A stretch of 64,000 nt of DNA. It comes from Selaginella moellendorffii (lineage: Eukaryota > Plantae > Lycopodiophyta). Below the pieces are notes generated by a model. It did no database searches. It was not told the DNA's origin and saw only the letters and a program-made list of their open reading frames with translations. Of this stretch, positions 23,411 to 36,051 are shown in pieces (within the stretch, counting starts at the first letter, position 1; each line of letters opens with the position of its first letter). The translations under genes were made by a program, and so were the position numbers. The DNA lies in NCBI RefSeq assembly GCF_000143415.4, contig NW_003314267.1:827394-891393 (forward strand), written 5' to 3'.

Positions 23411-25291
23411 ATGGCTTCTTCTCGTCGGGAGGTGCGAAATCTAGGCCCTTTTCCGGGATTTCTTTGTTGTGATGTTTCCCTCTTTCCAGAGATTCGGAAG
23501 AAGGCGCAAGATGTTGAGGAACTCGCGAACGCGAGCTTTTCATGGACAGCGCAGAAGGAAATTCGCTTCTCCCGGGCGATTGAAGAGGTTCTTGGCGACC
23601 TGGAGCCCTCCCAAGAAGATCGCGACGCCCGAGCAGCTATTGTCGCCTCGTTCGACAGCTTTGTCAAGCAGACTTTATCTGGTGAGTGTCTCTCATAAAA
23701 ATGCGTGATTTTTCTCTCCAGCTGTTCTCTTCTCTCTCTTTTCGTTAGAAGATGATCTTTTTTCTTTTCTTTTTTCTCTCCCCAGGCTCGTCAGTCGTTG
23801 CTCCTTTTGGATCATATGTAACCAACACATTCACTTGCGACAGCGATCTCGATCTATCGCTTTACGTGAATCGTATGAACCCTCTTTCCCGAGAAGAAAA
23901 ACTCTACTTTCTGAAAAGGGTCACGACCAGTTTGCAAGCAATGCATGGTAAGCGTAAAGCTAAGATTAAAGTCTTTCATTCATTCTTACTCGTTTTCTTG
24001 TTGGCTGGCAGCACGGTATGATCAAATACAGCCCATTTACAACGCTACTGTTCCTGTGGTGAAGTTCGTGGACCGTAAAACTGGAATACAGTGTGATCTC
24101 TCTGTAGACAACAAAGATGGTGCATCAAAATCGTTGGTACTAGCCGCTCTATCTTCAATCGACAAGCGCTTTCGTCCACTCTGTCTACTGGTACCATAAG
24201 TGTTGAATGTCAGTCGTTTTCTGAGATGTTCCATTCCAGCTGAAAAAATGGGCCAAATCTCACGAGATCAACGATGCTAGCGCTGGTACCTTGAGCTCGT
24301 ATGTCATCACACTTTTGGCCATATTTCACCTTCAGGTCAGGTTGTCTAGGGAGTTGTTTTGGAGTGCTTTTTGACATGCTTACTTTGCAGACATGCTCCC
24401 CTCCAGTCCTCCCGCCATTGTCTATGATTATTGGAGGTTTTCGCCACTCTTTAACTTTTATATTATTGTTGAGTGCTCTTTAGCAAGGTTTTGTCCTCGT
24501 CACAGATCTCCGTCCTCGTTTTCTCTTCTCTCATATATTGTTGGTTTGATGAGATTCGTTAGTATTTTCTCATTACTCGGCTTGCTTTTTGCAGGACTGG
24601 ACCTTGATGCTTCCTATTGCAGCGGGTTTATAAGTGCCCGCGCCAAAGCTTTTCAGGGCTTTGGTGCTCGCAACATGGACAGAATCTCCGAGCTCTTTAG
24701 GACCTTCTTTGTAAAGGTGTTGGACTCAGTTCTAATTTGTGTGTGTTCTCACTCAGTTTTCCAATGCGTAGATCACCGCTGTCAAGGCACTCTGGCAGGA
24801 AGGACTCTGTGCGAGTACTTACCATGCACAGTGGATCTCAAAGTGGCCAAGCTTTCACAATGGTTGCATTTGCGTAAGTTTCGCCTTCCGCAACATGATC
24901 ATGCTCCTGATGACGTTCGCTTATGTTTTTCAGGTGGAGGATTTTTACGATCCGTCACGGAATGCTGCCAAAGCCGTGACACCCAAGGACTTCGAGTGCA
25001 TCTACCAGTGCTTGGAGAACTCGGTAGATGCGTTCCGAAGGCCAATCACGGATATGGAATCGTTCAAGAAGATGATCGTCGGCGATGGATGTATGCCGAA
25101 GGTCACTCCACCACCACGGCCTGAGCCACGATTCCCAGACCCGCGCGACATTCGTCCCAGCCTCGCAGTGCCTCTCCTCCTCCAAGGCCGACCTCACAGG
25201 CCTGCATCGGGACCTCCAAACCGCCGGTTCTGTGAGTATTTGCTCTTCACTAGCTTCTAGTTGTTTGCTCACCATCCATGGATTTACAGAG
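23411..25291 (+). CDS. HESO1: HESO1-like terminal uridylyltransferase (Cid1/TUTase family), multi-exon; 3' end uncertain
   Basis: PFGSYVTNTFTCDSDLDLS, ATVPVVKFVD..GIQCDLSVDN, KKWAKSHEINDASAGTLSSY, VEDFYDPSRNAAKAV. Confidence 0.85.
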
Positions 25292-25506
25292 AAACTGAGG
25301 AAACGCAATCAAATTAATTCGTCCGAGTGTCAAAGGCGAGCTTTAAAGTTAAGGTAAATTATTGTTTCCAGGGAACTGCTCGGAGCACAAAGTGCTCTGG
25401 AAGTTCTTCATTATAATTTATCTCTTCCATCTCATGTTTGATTGTTGGTCACTTGCAAAGAAAATAGCTTTCATTCATCTAGTATCACTGCATCAAAGAG
25501 ATTCTA

Positions 25507-26226
25507 TTACACCGCTCCAGCCATTCTTGCTGATAGTTCTTGGTCCATCATTTTGATGATAAACTGTTGCAGCTTAAACAGATCAAACTCGATATGGTAG
25601 TCACCCTTGACATCTCCAGTGAAGTGAGCCATGGGAAACTTGATCACAAAGCCTTCGCTGGTCTTGCAAAACTCCGGCCCAAACATGATCTCCCTCATGT
25701 CACGGCTGCCTTCCTCCTTGGCGAGAAACGTGAATTGGCAGTCGCTCGTAACTTTGACACCAATCACCACCTTGCAACCAGACTGCTCCCACGTCTCCAC
25801 CACCTCTCGCAATGTCTCGATCGTCTCGTTCCTGTACGCCACTTCGACCACGGCCCTCGCTCTCGCCATGTCCGAGTTGGAGAAATAGCACTGATCCGGT
25901 TCCTTGTCGCCCGTCACTGTTGGAAGGCGCGAAGCTCCGGCGGGCGTGATCACGTCTAAACACTCGTCCACGCCAGGAAGAGTGCAAATCTGCGAGATGA
26001 TGTGAGTGTTGAACCATTGCGAGACGGTCTCGTGAACGATGGAAGGGTCCCCGTGCATCCACACATCGCCTTCCTTGTATTGCAATCTCCAGTGGCACTC
26101 CAAGCCATCCATCCAAGCATCATAAACTGCCCATGGTACCTGTTGGGCAACGAGGAATGGCCCCTCCTTGTCTCCCTCTTCATATGCGGCGATGGCCTCC
26201 CTCAACCCTGCTTCCAAGGACTCCAT
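25507..26226 (-). CDS. Uma2/DUF820-like PD-(D/E)xK putative endonuclease, intronless
   Basis: WRLQYKEGDVWMHGDPSIVHE, KEPDQCY, AVVEVAYRNET..L.E..ETW, VVIGVKV. The likely start is MESLEAG (26226), although the ORF extends to 26289. Confidence 0.8.
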   Translation of the reverse strand: MESLEAGLREAIAAYEEGDKEGPFLVAQQVPWAVYDAWMDGLECHWRLQYKEGDVWMHGDPSIVHETVSQWFNTHIISQICTLPGVDECLDVITPAGASRLPTVTGDKEPDQCYFSNSDMARARAVVEVAYRNETIETLREVVETWEQSGCKVVIGVKVTSDCQFTFLAKEEGSRDMREIMFGPEFCKTSEGFVIKFPMAHFTGDVKGDYHIEFDLFKLQQFIIKMMDQELSARMAGAV

Positions 26227-28564
26227 ACGACAGAAAAAGAAAAAGGAAACACTCGTCAGAGATTTAGGGTTTATCCGTCTAGGGAACATAACAAAATAAA
26301 GGTTTGTCGGATCAAGCTATAATATCTCAGAAATTTAAAATAACGTTCCAAATAACGTTTCTTTTTCAACATATAACACTTAACTAATGATATATTTGGA
26401 GCAACTAGAGTTTAATATATATGCACAAAAAGAAAACATGCACTTTAATACTTAATCATATTTTAATTTGTGTTGATGTAAAAGATTGTTTTAATTCTAT
26501 TGTAAAGTTATGAAAGATGGTTAAAATATAAAAGGGCTTTATATTGTAAATGGATGTCACCAAATAAAAGTTATTATTGCTTATATACAATTTACACTTT
26601 AGAATTGACAGCGAAAGTGCCAAAAAAAAAGTGTGGAGGGGCTATATTGCACACCCTTATTGCACACACAAATTTAAAACATAATATTATAATTTTCTCA
26701 GTTAAAATATCAATTCAGATAACATATTATATAAATTTATAAATTTATTTATTAATAATAAACTTATTTTTGTTTATATATATAATATACATATATATTT
26801 ATTAGAGGTAAATTTAATCTTACATACAATGAAAGAGTAATTTAAGTAAATTAAAATTATAAGATATATATTTAAAGAACAAAAAAAATGAAGAAATAGT
26901 TCTAATTACAAAAGTAGTTTTAGTTAAAGAATTTAATTTTGCCAATTTTCTAAGTTTTATTAAAAAATTCTAAATAATATTTGTTAAATTTAACATTACT
27001 CTAGGAAAAAATTATGTAACAAACTTTTTACTAATATAGAATAACATAACATTAATATTGTGAGTGCTCGGGATATAGGAATAGGTATATTAATTGGGGT
27101 TTAGACCCCTGCTTAAGAATGGATGGACCAGATTCAATCCCAAATAAATGATCCATATACTATAATACTATAATTAGTGTATTATCTAGCCAAAGTATAG
27201 ATATATATATTTATATGTATTTATAAACATTACACCATCCTCCCCTCTAGAAGATAAAAGGTGATAATAATAAGGTAGAAGGAACACACCTCCTTATCTA
27301 GGAAGTTATATTGGGCATATACTACCACAAAAATCTAAAACTCTTATAAAATCACTAATAAAATTGCTAACTGCCATAACTGAAATAAAATCCACAACTA
27401 TGGCATAAGCATTAATTGATTATAAAACCCTAATGAACTAGTTGCAACTCTATATGCAATAGCTAAATGTTCAAACCAACCACTAAGCCATAACTTTGAA
27501 TCAAAATAAAGCATTTTGAGAGCCACTATAATCCATAAAACACCATTGTAGTAAATAATATATCCCATTTTTAAATCTACTTATCAATGATCACCATTAA
27601 CTCAAACTTATGATTATAAGCAGAAGCTAGTTTTATGTCTTCCTTTTAGTCAACATTCAAGACTTGTCTTAACTTAAACTCATGACTTTTGACTTTGTTT
27701 AATGCTATATATAGGAGGTTGAACTCACTATATTTGTCCTTTATAATCTCCTTATCCTCTTTTTGAAGGAAAAAAAGTTTTAAAGCACTATTATATTTAT
27801 TCAGTCTCATTATGTCGAGGCTAGATATTCCATACAGATTTTCTATACAATCCATATCATTTTTTTTCACTTCACTATTGTATTTACTCATCCTCATTCC
27901 ATTGTTGGATCTATACTCTTGTCTATCCTCTTTACCCCCTTCTTAAAAAAAAAAGTTTGAAGTTTTCGAGCAAAAAGGAGAAAGAGAGAAAAATGGAGGA
28001 TTAGACATTGTGGAAGAAAAATGGATAAAAAAGTATCAAAAGAAGAATTTTTAGCAATTGTTAAAATAGAAATAAAGTAGAAATGGGGAGAAAAGAAGGA
28101 AACATGTTCAAAACCTGGAGAATACAAGATTTACTATAATAAAATACTTTGGCTAACATGAGATAATTAAGAGAATTGACACTACTCAATTTCTTCAATA
28201 CATAATTTAACACTTGATGCAGAAAAACCAATAGAAAAATCCACACTCTCAAAGGAACACATAAACCCCTCAACAACTCAACCTTTGAGATTGGGGAATA
28301 TTTAATACTAGAATTGATCAAAGACTCCACCAAAGAAATAAAATTAAGATTTTCAACTTCACGTACATACTCAATATCAAAATTAGTATGATAAAGATAG
28401 AAAACACTCAACTCAACACTGAATTAAACATGAGAATTATAAAAGTGTAGCTTGGTGTTATTTGGCATTTATGCATTTACTAGTTAGTAATTACATTGAC
28501 ATTCAAATGAACTAAATGGCAAGATTGAGTTAGTTGTATTCTAGACAAATTTATTTAAGACAAA

Positions 28565-29298
28565 TGTAAACTCCTTAATTTAGACTTCTTCGGAGGTAAT
28601 CCAGCCTAATACTATTCAAACATAAGGACGCTTAATTAGTTATAAAAAGGGTGCATTCTTGTTTATAGGCCCTTTCCCTCTATATTTAAATCCCATGGAT
28701 CATCTCTCAAGTCATTCCCTTTAATTGCTTAGAATCCACCATATTTCCTTATAAGTTCACACCCTTGTGAAAGGAAATATAAACAACCAAAGGGAACGAC
28801 TTAAGAGACGATCCATAAGGGTTCAAATATAGAGGGAAAGGGCCTATGAATAAGAGTGCACCCCTTTTTCCAATCGGTTAAGGGTCTTGAAATATTTGGG
28901 GTTAATCATCCTTGTGTTTGAATAGTATTAGGTTGAGTGACCTCCTAGGAAGTCTAAACTCAAGAGCTTATAAGAAACTAATAGCCACAGCTCTCCCGAG
29001 AGTGTTGCTTTTTTGACACCTTACCCCTTAGGTCGAGCCCAGTTGGGAGCAAATTGGACCTACCAAATGTCAATCAACATATAATGTGATTCCCCAAAAC
29101 CTTTTTGATACCAAATGTAAACTCCTTAATTTGAACTTCTTGGGAGGTCACCCAACCCAATACTATTCAAACCTAATGACGTTTAACAAGACCTTTAACT
29201 GATTGGAAAAAGGGAGTGCATTTTTGTTCATGAGCCTTTTCCCTCTATATTTAAACCCTATGGATCGTTTCTCAAATCGTTCCCTTTGATTGCTTACA
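28565..29298 (-). mobile_element. Cassandra TRIM (LTRs 29116-29298 and 28565-28733) with nested antisense solo LTR 28778-28972
   Basis: TG..CA-type LTRs of ~170-195 bp; tRNA-Met PBS (tggtatca on minus strand, 29106-29113); ..ggtggat before the 3' LTR; 5S-like core at ~28898-28955; flanks acaaa/ccaaa. Confidence 0.85.
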
Positions 29299-29623
29299 CC
29301 AAACTCCTAAACTTGAAGCCAAGAAGCAAAAGAACTAGAGCATGGAGTGACTCTTAAGCATACAGCACAAGGAGTGAAGGAATAGTAGCACGGAGTGGCT
29401 TGGAACAGTCCTAGCATTTAGCATCCCAATGCCAGGACTAGCATGCAAAACAGAGCCAAACAGAATTTGGTGTTATTTTAGCATACTGGTAGCCTAATGT
29501 AAGGATATAGGTACTCCACCAACTAGCATGGTATGGAACTTGGGCTTAAATCCAAGTTAGACGCAAAACAAAGACAAGCACACAAGCAGGAGTTAAACTA
29601 TACCTTAGGTTCGTCAGCCATTC
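29299..29623 (-). mobile_element. Fragment of a second LTR family ('LTR-B')
   Basis: Near-identical to 42109-42434 and similar to 30720-31022. Confidence 0.75.
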
Positions 29624-30364
29624 CCAAGGCCGCTCATAGCAAGTCATAGCCCATTGCACCATTGACAGTGCGCAAGGCAAGATGGAAATTAGCGATGGAA
29701 CCCATAGTGCCACCTTCCTCAACAACCATGGTAGAGCTCTTTCTCACCAAGCCCAGAAAGCTCGAAATAAAGTGGTCTCCACACCACACTTTCCTCCTGA
29801 CCTCACAGAGGCTTTTCCCAAGTTGGCGGTGGAGTTGACCATCTATAAAATAGATGCTTTCTCATGCAATGCAATTGACATTAATGGAGATGAGTTAGAT
29901 AGCTTGAGACATCTCTCAGCCAGCCTCTCTCGGGACACCAAGGCGAAACACCGTGGCCTAACGGCCGGGTATAGGTACCTCTACCCCCCCATTTCCATCC
30001 CGAAGGGAATGCCCAAGCCCCTAGGAAGGACGAGGACCAATGAGCCACAAGGTACTCAAGTGGGGCACCACTCCACATGAGCTGGGAGCACCACAATCGG
30101 TTTCCCTATTGGGAGTGGGAGCTGCTCTTGAGCACTTCCCTGGGTGGCCCCTTCAGCACCACCCAAGCCCATGCTTACTCCCACCCAAGGCCCCTCGGCC
30201 CCAGTCTCAACCTCAAGTCAGTTTGGAAGCACCACTGGAGAGTTCCTTCAAGATTGGTTCCTGGACCTCACTATCCTTACTATACTTTTGGAACCCCCTG
30301 GAACCCCCCCCCCCTGGGAGACGCACGCTTTGGGCTTTCACCCCTTGACCCGTATTAGTATTCA

Positions 30365-30620
30365 GACTCGGTCTTGGACTTGATTTCGGACTCGATCTCG
30401 AACCCGACTTCGGACTCGGTCTCGGACTCGATCTCAGACCCGATCTCAAACTCGACTTCGGACTTGACCTCAGACTCGGTCTCGGACTTGATTTGGATCT
30501 CGGACTCTGTCTTGAACTCAGTCTCGAACTCGGTCTCCAATTTGGCCTTGGGCTCGATCCCAGACTCTATCTCGAACTCGGTCTCAGAGTCGGTCTTGGA
30601 CTTGATCTTCGACTCAATCC
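30365..30620. repeat. Degenerate 12-bp tandem array (tcggactcgatc/tcggactcggtc)
   Basis: About 20 units visible; produces the periodic ORFs 30355-30651 and 30374-30670. Confidence 0.85.
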
Positions 30621-30699
30621 CATCCGATGAACTCTTTGTCATTTTGGTCATGCTTTCGGGGATCCTTTAGCCTACGACATCTCGGGGAGTCAGTTCCTT

Positions 30700-31052
30700 A
30701 CACACTGGAGCACAAAATGACTCCCGAGCATATAGCCTAAGGAGCAAAGAGACAGGAGCATAGAGCGATTTGGAACAGTCCTAGAATATTTAGCATCCCA
30801 ATGCTAGGACCAGCACACAAAATGGATTTAAAAGGATCTTGCACTATTTCAACATACAAGTGGCCTAACGCGAGGATATATGTTCTCCACCAACTAGCAT
30901 AGTATGGAACTTGGGCTTAGACCCAAGCCGGACACAAAACAAGGACAAGCATGCAAGCAGGAGTTAGACTATACCTCAGGTTGGTTAGTCATGCTTGACC
31001 TACCCACTATCCCTACTATACATTTGGAACCCCTATAGGCCCCCCCCCCCTC
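30700..31052 (-). mobile_element. LTR-B copy with adjacent polypurine tract
   Basis: Ends ...ccctactataca (31022), followed by tttggaacccc..poly-C, which is a PPT on the minus strand. The same junction occurs at ~30285, 40970-40983 (+) and 42462. Confidence 0.75.
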
Positions 31053-34000
31053 TGTTATGATCCGGCACAAAAAGACAGAGATCTAGTCGCCCTAGACTAT
31101 GCTAAGCCACCTCTTGAGGTTCCTCACCACCCAACCACCCCCGAGCTACCTCAAAAGCTCCACTGTGCCGTCGCTCCACTATGAGCCCTAGGGTAGGTTA
31201 AGTCCCTTACCCTAACATGCCTTAATATACCCTTAAGCCTCCCTTTGACCGATGTTGACCATGTAGTCAAAGTTGGCGCCTAACAATTCTTCCCCCTCAA
31301 CAAAGTCCTTGTCCCAAGGACAAGTTGTACCGGTGATCACCCTTTTTGGGGAACTCTGCTCAAGATCTTAGTCCATCTTCCACAGCCGTATACATCAAGG
31401 AGGCATTGGGCCCGTCACTCCGAGATAGTACACCTTTCAACTGGCTGACATAAAATACCGGATGAATTTTCACCCCAGCTGGCAGCTGCACCCTATAAGC
31501 CACTTTACCAATGTGCTCCAACACTTCATATGGACCAGCATATCGATAGAAAAGTTTATCACTCCTCCCTATCCGTAAAGGCACTAAGGTGTTCCACCGC
31601 TCACTTGACGGAAAGATCACTCGCACAAAGACGAGATCACCCACCTTATATTCCCAGAATTGGCGATGCTCATTGGCAAACTTCTCCGCTCTATCCTAAG
31701 TTGCTTGCAAATTCCATTTGCACACCACCAGAATCTCATCAAGTTCTATGGCCAAATCAGTTGCCTCGGAATCAAGCTTATCTTGAACGTCCTTACTCAA
31801 ATGCAATCCCAACTCCACTACTGTTCGAGGATGCCTTCCAAACATGGCAAGGTAAGGACTTAGTTTGGTTCCACTATGTTGGCTATTGTTATAAGCAAAT
31901 TGCACCAACGGAAGATATAAATCCCACTGTCCTTGCCTTTAACCAATGCTACAATGTAGCATATCCTCCACCACCTGATTCACAAGCTCAGTTTGCCCAT
32001 CCGTCTGAGGATGATCTCCACTTGAGAGTTTCAAAGTCACTTGCATAGCCTTTGCAAAGCTTTTCCAAAATCCACTTATGAACTTTGAATCTCGATCACT
32101 AATGATGTCCTCCGGCAAACCAAAATCAGGAAAAACCTTCTCCAAGTAAACCGTAGCCAAGTCTGAGGCAGTGACAGTCTTCCAAAGAGCCAACAACCGC
32201 ACATACTTCGTCAACCAATCCACTATAACCCATACTTGCTCCTTTTGCATCTGTGTTCGTGGCAAACAAGTGATGAAGTCCATAGAGATACTACACCAAT
32301 GGCTCTGAGGAATAGGTAAAAGTTGCAAAAATCCCCCTGGCTCCTTAACCCGTTGACAAAGCTCACATGATTTACAATACTTGAGGATATCAGCCTTCAT
32401 ATTCCTTCAATAAAAGTTGCGCTTAATCAACTCATACATCTTCTTCCCCCCAAAATGACTGGCCTCTGGACGATCATGATAGTGGAATAAAACTTGAGTA
32501 ATTAATGCATCCACCCGTGGCAAATATACTCTGCCATTGTAGTAGAGAATCCTATCCACCAATGAGAAAGGAGCNNNNNNNNNNNNNNNNNNNNNNNNNN
32601 NNNNNNNNNNNNNNNNNNNNNNNNNNNNNNNNNNNNNNNNNNNNNNNNNNNNNNNNNNNNNNNNNNNNNNNNNNNNNNNNNNNNNNNNNNNNNNNNNNNN
32701 NNNNNNNNNNNNNNNNNNNNNNNNNNNNNNATTTGTTTTTCCCGGACGATGTTCAATAGGAAACTCCCCAAACTCCATGAGTTTGACCATCCAACGAGCT
32801 TGCCTAGTGTTTACTCCTTCTGTGTGAAAAGATACACAAGTGGTTTGTGTTCTGTCAACACCACGAACACTGCACCATAAAGATAGTGCTGCCACGTCCG
32901 CAAAGCATGAACAATAGAGAGTAACTCTTGCTCATATATGGAATAGCATTGCTCCATGGAATTCAAAGTTCGACTCTCATATGCAATAGGCTATCCCTCT
33001 TGCATGAGAATGCCTCCCAGTGCATAACCACTCGCATCGCATGTCACTTCGTAAGGTTTTGATAGATCATCAATGCGAAGCACTAGAGTCTCGCTCAACA
33101 ATCGTTTTAGCGCCACAAAACTCTCCTCTTGTGGCTTCTTCCACTCAAATGACACATTCTTGCATAACAACTGCATCAAAGGAATAGCTACCTCTGCAAA
33201 TTTATGTTGGAAACGTCAGTAGTAACTAGCCATACCAAGAAAACTGCGCAACTCAACCACTGTAGTCGGTGTAGGCCAGTTTTCCACCACAGCTACCTTC
33301 CTTGGATCCGTCTTGACACCCTTAGATGTCACAATATGGCCTAGATATTCCACCTCCGACTTTGCAAATTCACATTTGCTCTTCTTCACATAAAGTTTGC
33401 TGTCTCGAAGTAACAAAAGAACCTTGTGTAAATACACCCTATGCTCCTCCATATTTTTGCTAAAAACAAGAATATCGTCCAAGAAAATCTCCACAAACTC
33501 ATGAAGATAATGCCCGAATACCTCTGTCATCAACCGAGTAAATGTGGCCTGTGCATTCGTCAAACCAAACGGCATAACTGTAAACTCAAAATGTCCGAAG
33601 CTTGTGTTGAATGCCGTCTTGGAGATAGATGTATCATCCATTGCAATCTGATGATATCCACTCCTCAGATCAATCTTGGTAAACACTCGTGCTTCACCAA
33701 GCTTGTCTAGGATATCATCCACACATGGCATCGGCATCTTATCTTTCACCGTCTTCTTGTTCAAAGCACGGTAGTCAATACATATCTGCATTAAATCGTC
33801 CTTCTTCTTCACAAGCAAGACTAGAGCACCAAATGGAGACTTACTTGGCTGAATAAATCTAAACTCAAGTAACTCCTTGACTTGTCATTGAACTTCTTGC
33901 TCCTCCGCATAACTTAACCGAAATGGACGCCGGTAAATTGGCCATGTCTCCGGCTCCAATGTAATCCCATGCTCCACACCTCGTAATGGAGGCAACCCAT

Positions 34001-35953
34001 GAGGAAGTTCATGTGGAAAAACATTAGAAAACTCGTTTAGTACATCCCGTACTGCTGCTTCTCCCCCACACGTGCCTTGGCCCCCCAAGTCACGAACAAA
34101 CAGTAAGTAATTTGAAAGTGCTTTTCCATTATGACAAGCTCGTTTCAAAGATGTAGCAGAGAGCATAACAACTAGTGGTTGAACACCCTCGCCAAACCAC
34201 ACATTTTTAATGCCACCATACTCCAGCGAGATATGCTTAATATCCACTTTATCTCTGGATCCACCTTCACCAACCATGGCATCCCGAGAATGAGATCCAC
34301 ATGGATATCCGTGAGATAAAAAGTGTCCACAAGTGTGGTTTTACCAATCAACACTTCCAGCCCCTCGACACAAGCATCAAAATGCTGAGTAGAGGTAGCT
34401 GCACCTTCCACTGTGTATAGAAGAACACCGCGTATGACCAGGCCATGCTCCACAACAAACTTTTCTGAAACAAAGTTGTCATCGCTCCCACTATCCAGTA
34501 AAATCTGCACTGGATCACCATGCAACACGCCCTCCAGCATTAAAGCTGATTCACGCGTATCCTCGAGCTCCATCTTGTTCCACATATAGTTGAGCTGACG
34601 AGCAACGATCAAAAGTCACTTCCTCCGACCGGAATGGTCGTTCTCCTCATCCTCACGTTGCAAAGTTTGCAACTTTTTAATATCTGACTTACCGTGAGAA
34701 GAAAATTGGCCATTCTTCTTGTCCTACTGCTTGTTCTTCAACTGTGGACAATCAGCCTTGTAGTGTTCAAGTTCGCCGCAATGATGACAACCTTGTCTAT
34801 AATTCTTCACAAAGAACTTCTGCTTCTTGGACCCCTTTGCATCTGAAGTAGTCACCATTGACTTCAACTTATGATGTTTGTTCCCATCCTTGTGTCCACG
34901 GTGATCATCACTATGATTCTCGACAGAAGGACTCCACGAATGCTTGCGAGACTTATGCTTGTCATTGTCAAGTCGACGAGCTGCATCAAAGAGCTCCTCC
35001 AAACTCTTTGTAGGCTGAGAATGATGCAAGTGTTGCCGCATGCTCTCACTATGTAGGCCATCAATGAAGTAGGACTTGTTCTGATCTAGATCCTTCGTTG
35101 GAACACGACTAATCAAGCGAGTAAGCTTCTCAATATAGTCCCCGAGCATCATTTTCCCTTGCTGGAAATATCGAAGTTCTGTACAAGCATTCTCCACGTC
35201 GTAATGAGGGGCAAAACGTAAACGAAAAGCAGCCTCAAACTCATCCATGGTAAACACTGGTGGTTTCTTATCCGCAACACGGGACTCCTCAAGCCAATTC
35301 CACCATCGAAGACTCGCATCACGCAAAACCATCGGAATAGCCACTAAAGCCTTTGCATCTGGAGTTCCTCTAGCAGCCAAGAACTTCTTCACATTGGCTA
35401 GCCAAGCGAGACACTCATCCACACCACCATCACTGGAAAAATTTAGAATCTTGAGTCAATCTACCAAAGAAGGCTTACTTGGAGTGCTACCCTGTCCAGC
35501 CTCGAGTGCCTCAACACACCCATGCATGGTATCCATCATGCCATGCATCTCGTCTTGCATCTCTTGCTGATTTTGATTAAGGGCTCACAGCTCATGAACC
35601 ACATCTTGAATGGTCCAAATCTCTGTAGCTTCGTCGGCACCATCGTCGGCACCACCATCGACAATAGGATTCCAACGTTCAGCTTGGTCAGCCATCGCAA
35701 CCAACTCCTTTGATACCAATGTTATGATCCGGCACAAAAAGACAAAGATCTAGTCGCCCTAGACTATGCTACACCAACTCTTGAGGTTCCTCACCACCCA
35801 ACCACCCCCGAGCTACCTCAAAAGCTCCACTGCGTCGCCACTCCACTATGAGCTCTAGGGTAGGTTAAGTCCGTTACCCTAACATGCCTTAATATACCCT
35901 TGAGCCTCCCTTTTGACCGACGTTAACCACATAGTCAAAGTTGGTGCCTAACA
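31053..35953 (-). mobile_element. Full-length but inactivated Ty3/Gypsy LTR retrotransposon
   Basis: LTRs 31053-31285 and 35720-35953 (TGTTA..TAACA); PBS-Met 35709-35718; PPT ~31286-31300. Gag with CHHCGELEHYKADC, protease LLDSGS, RT (IDLRSGYHQ, MPFGLTNA, FLDDIL), RNase H (CDASGYALG), integrase (SMDFI, SDRDSKF, HPQTDGQTE, GPY, HPVFYVSQLK). Multiple stops and frameshifts. Confidence 0.95.
32575..32730. other. Assembly gap (N run)
   Basis: Ns in the sequence. Confidence 1.
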
Positions 35954-36051
35954 CCAGGACGATTACTTTATTAAACCAATTGGCTAAAGGGGTGATCACT
36001 TTATTGCAAAGCCCTTTCTTTTATCCTATTATCCTGACCTAGTGCCTAACA

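Noticed and set aside
27646-28411. Three short minus-strand ORFs
   Set aside because: AT-rich, low complexity, with no recognisable domain or splice structure.
28898-28955. 5S rRNA gene
   Set aside because: Only the ~55-nt internal promoter region matches, and it lies inside LTRs, so it is Cassandra-derived rather than rDNA.
30355-30670. Ser/Asp- or Glu/Ser-repeat protein, or a CRISPR-like array
   Set aside because: A contiguous 12-bp minisatellite with no unique spacers, in a eukaryotic retroelement context.
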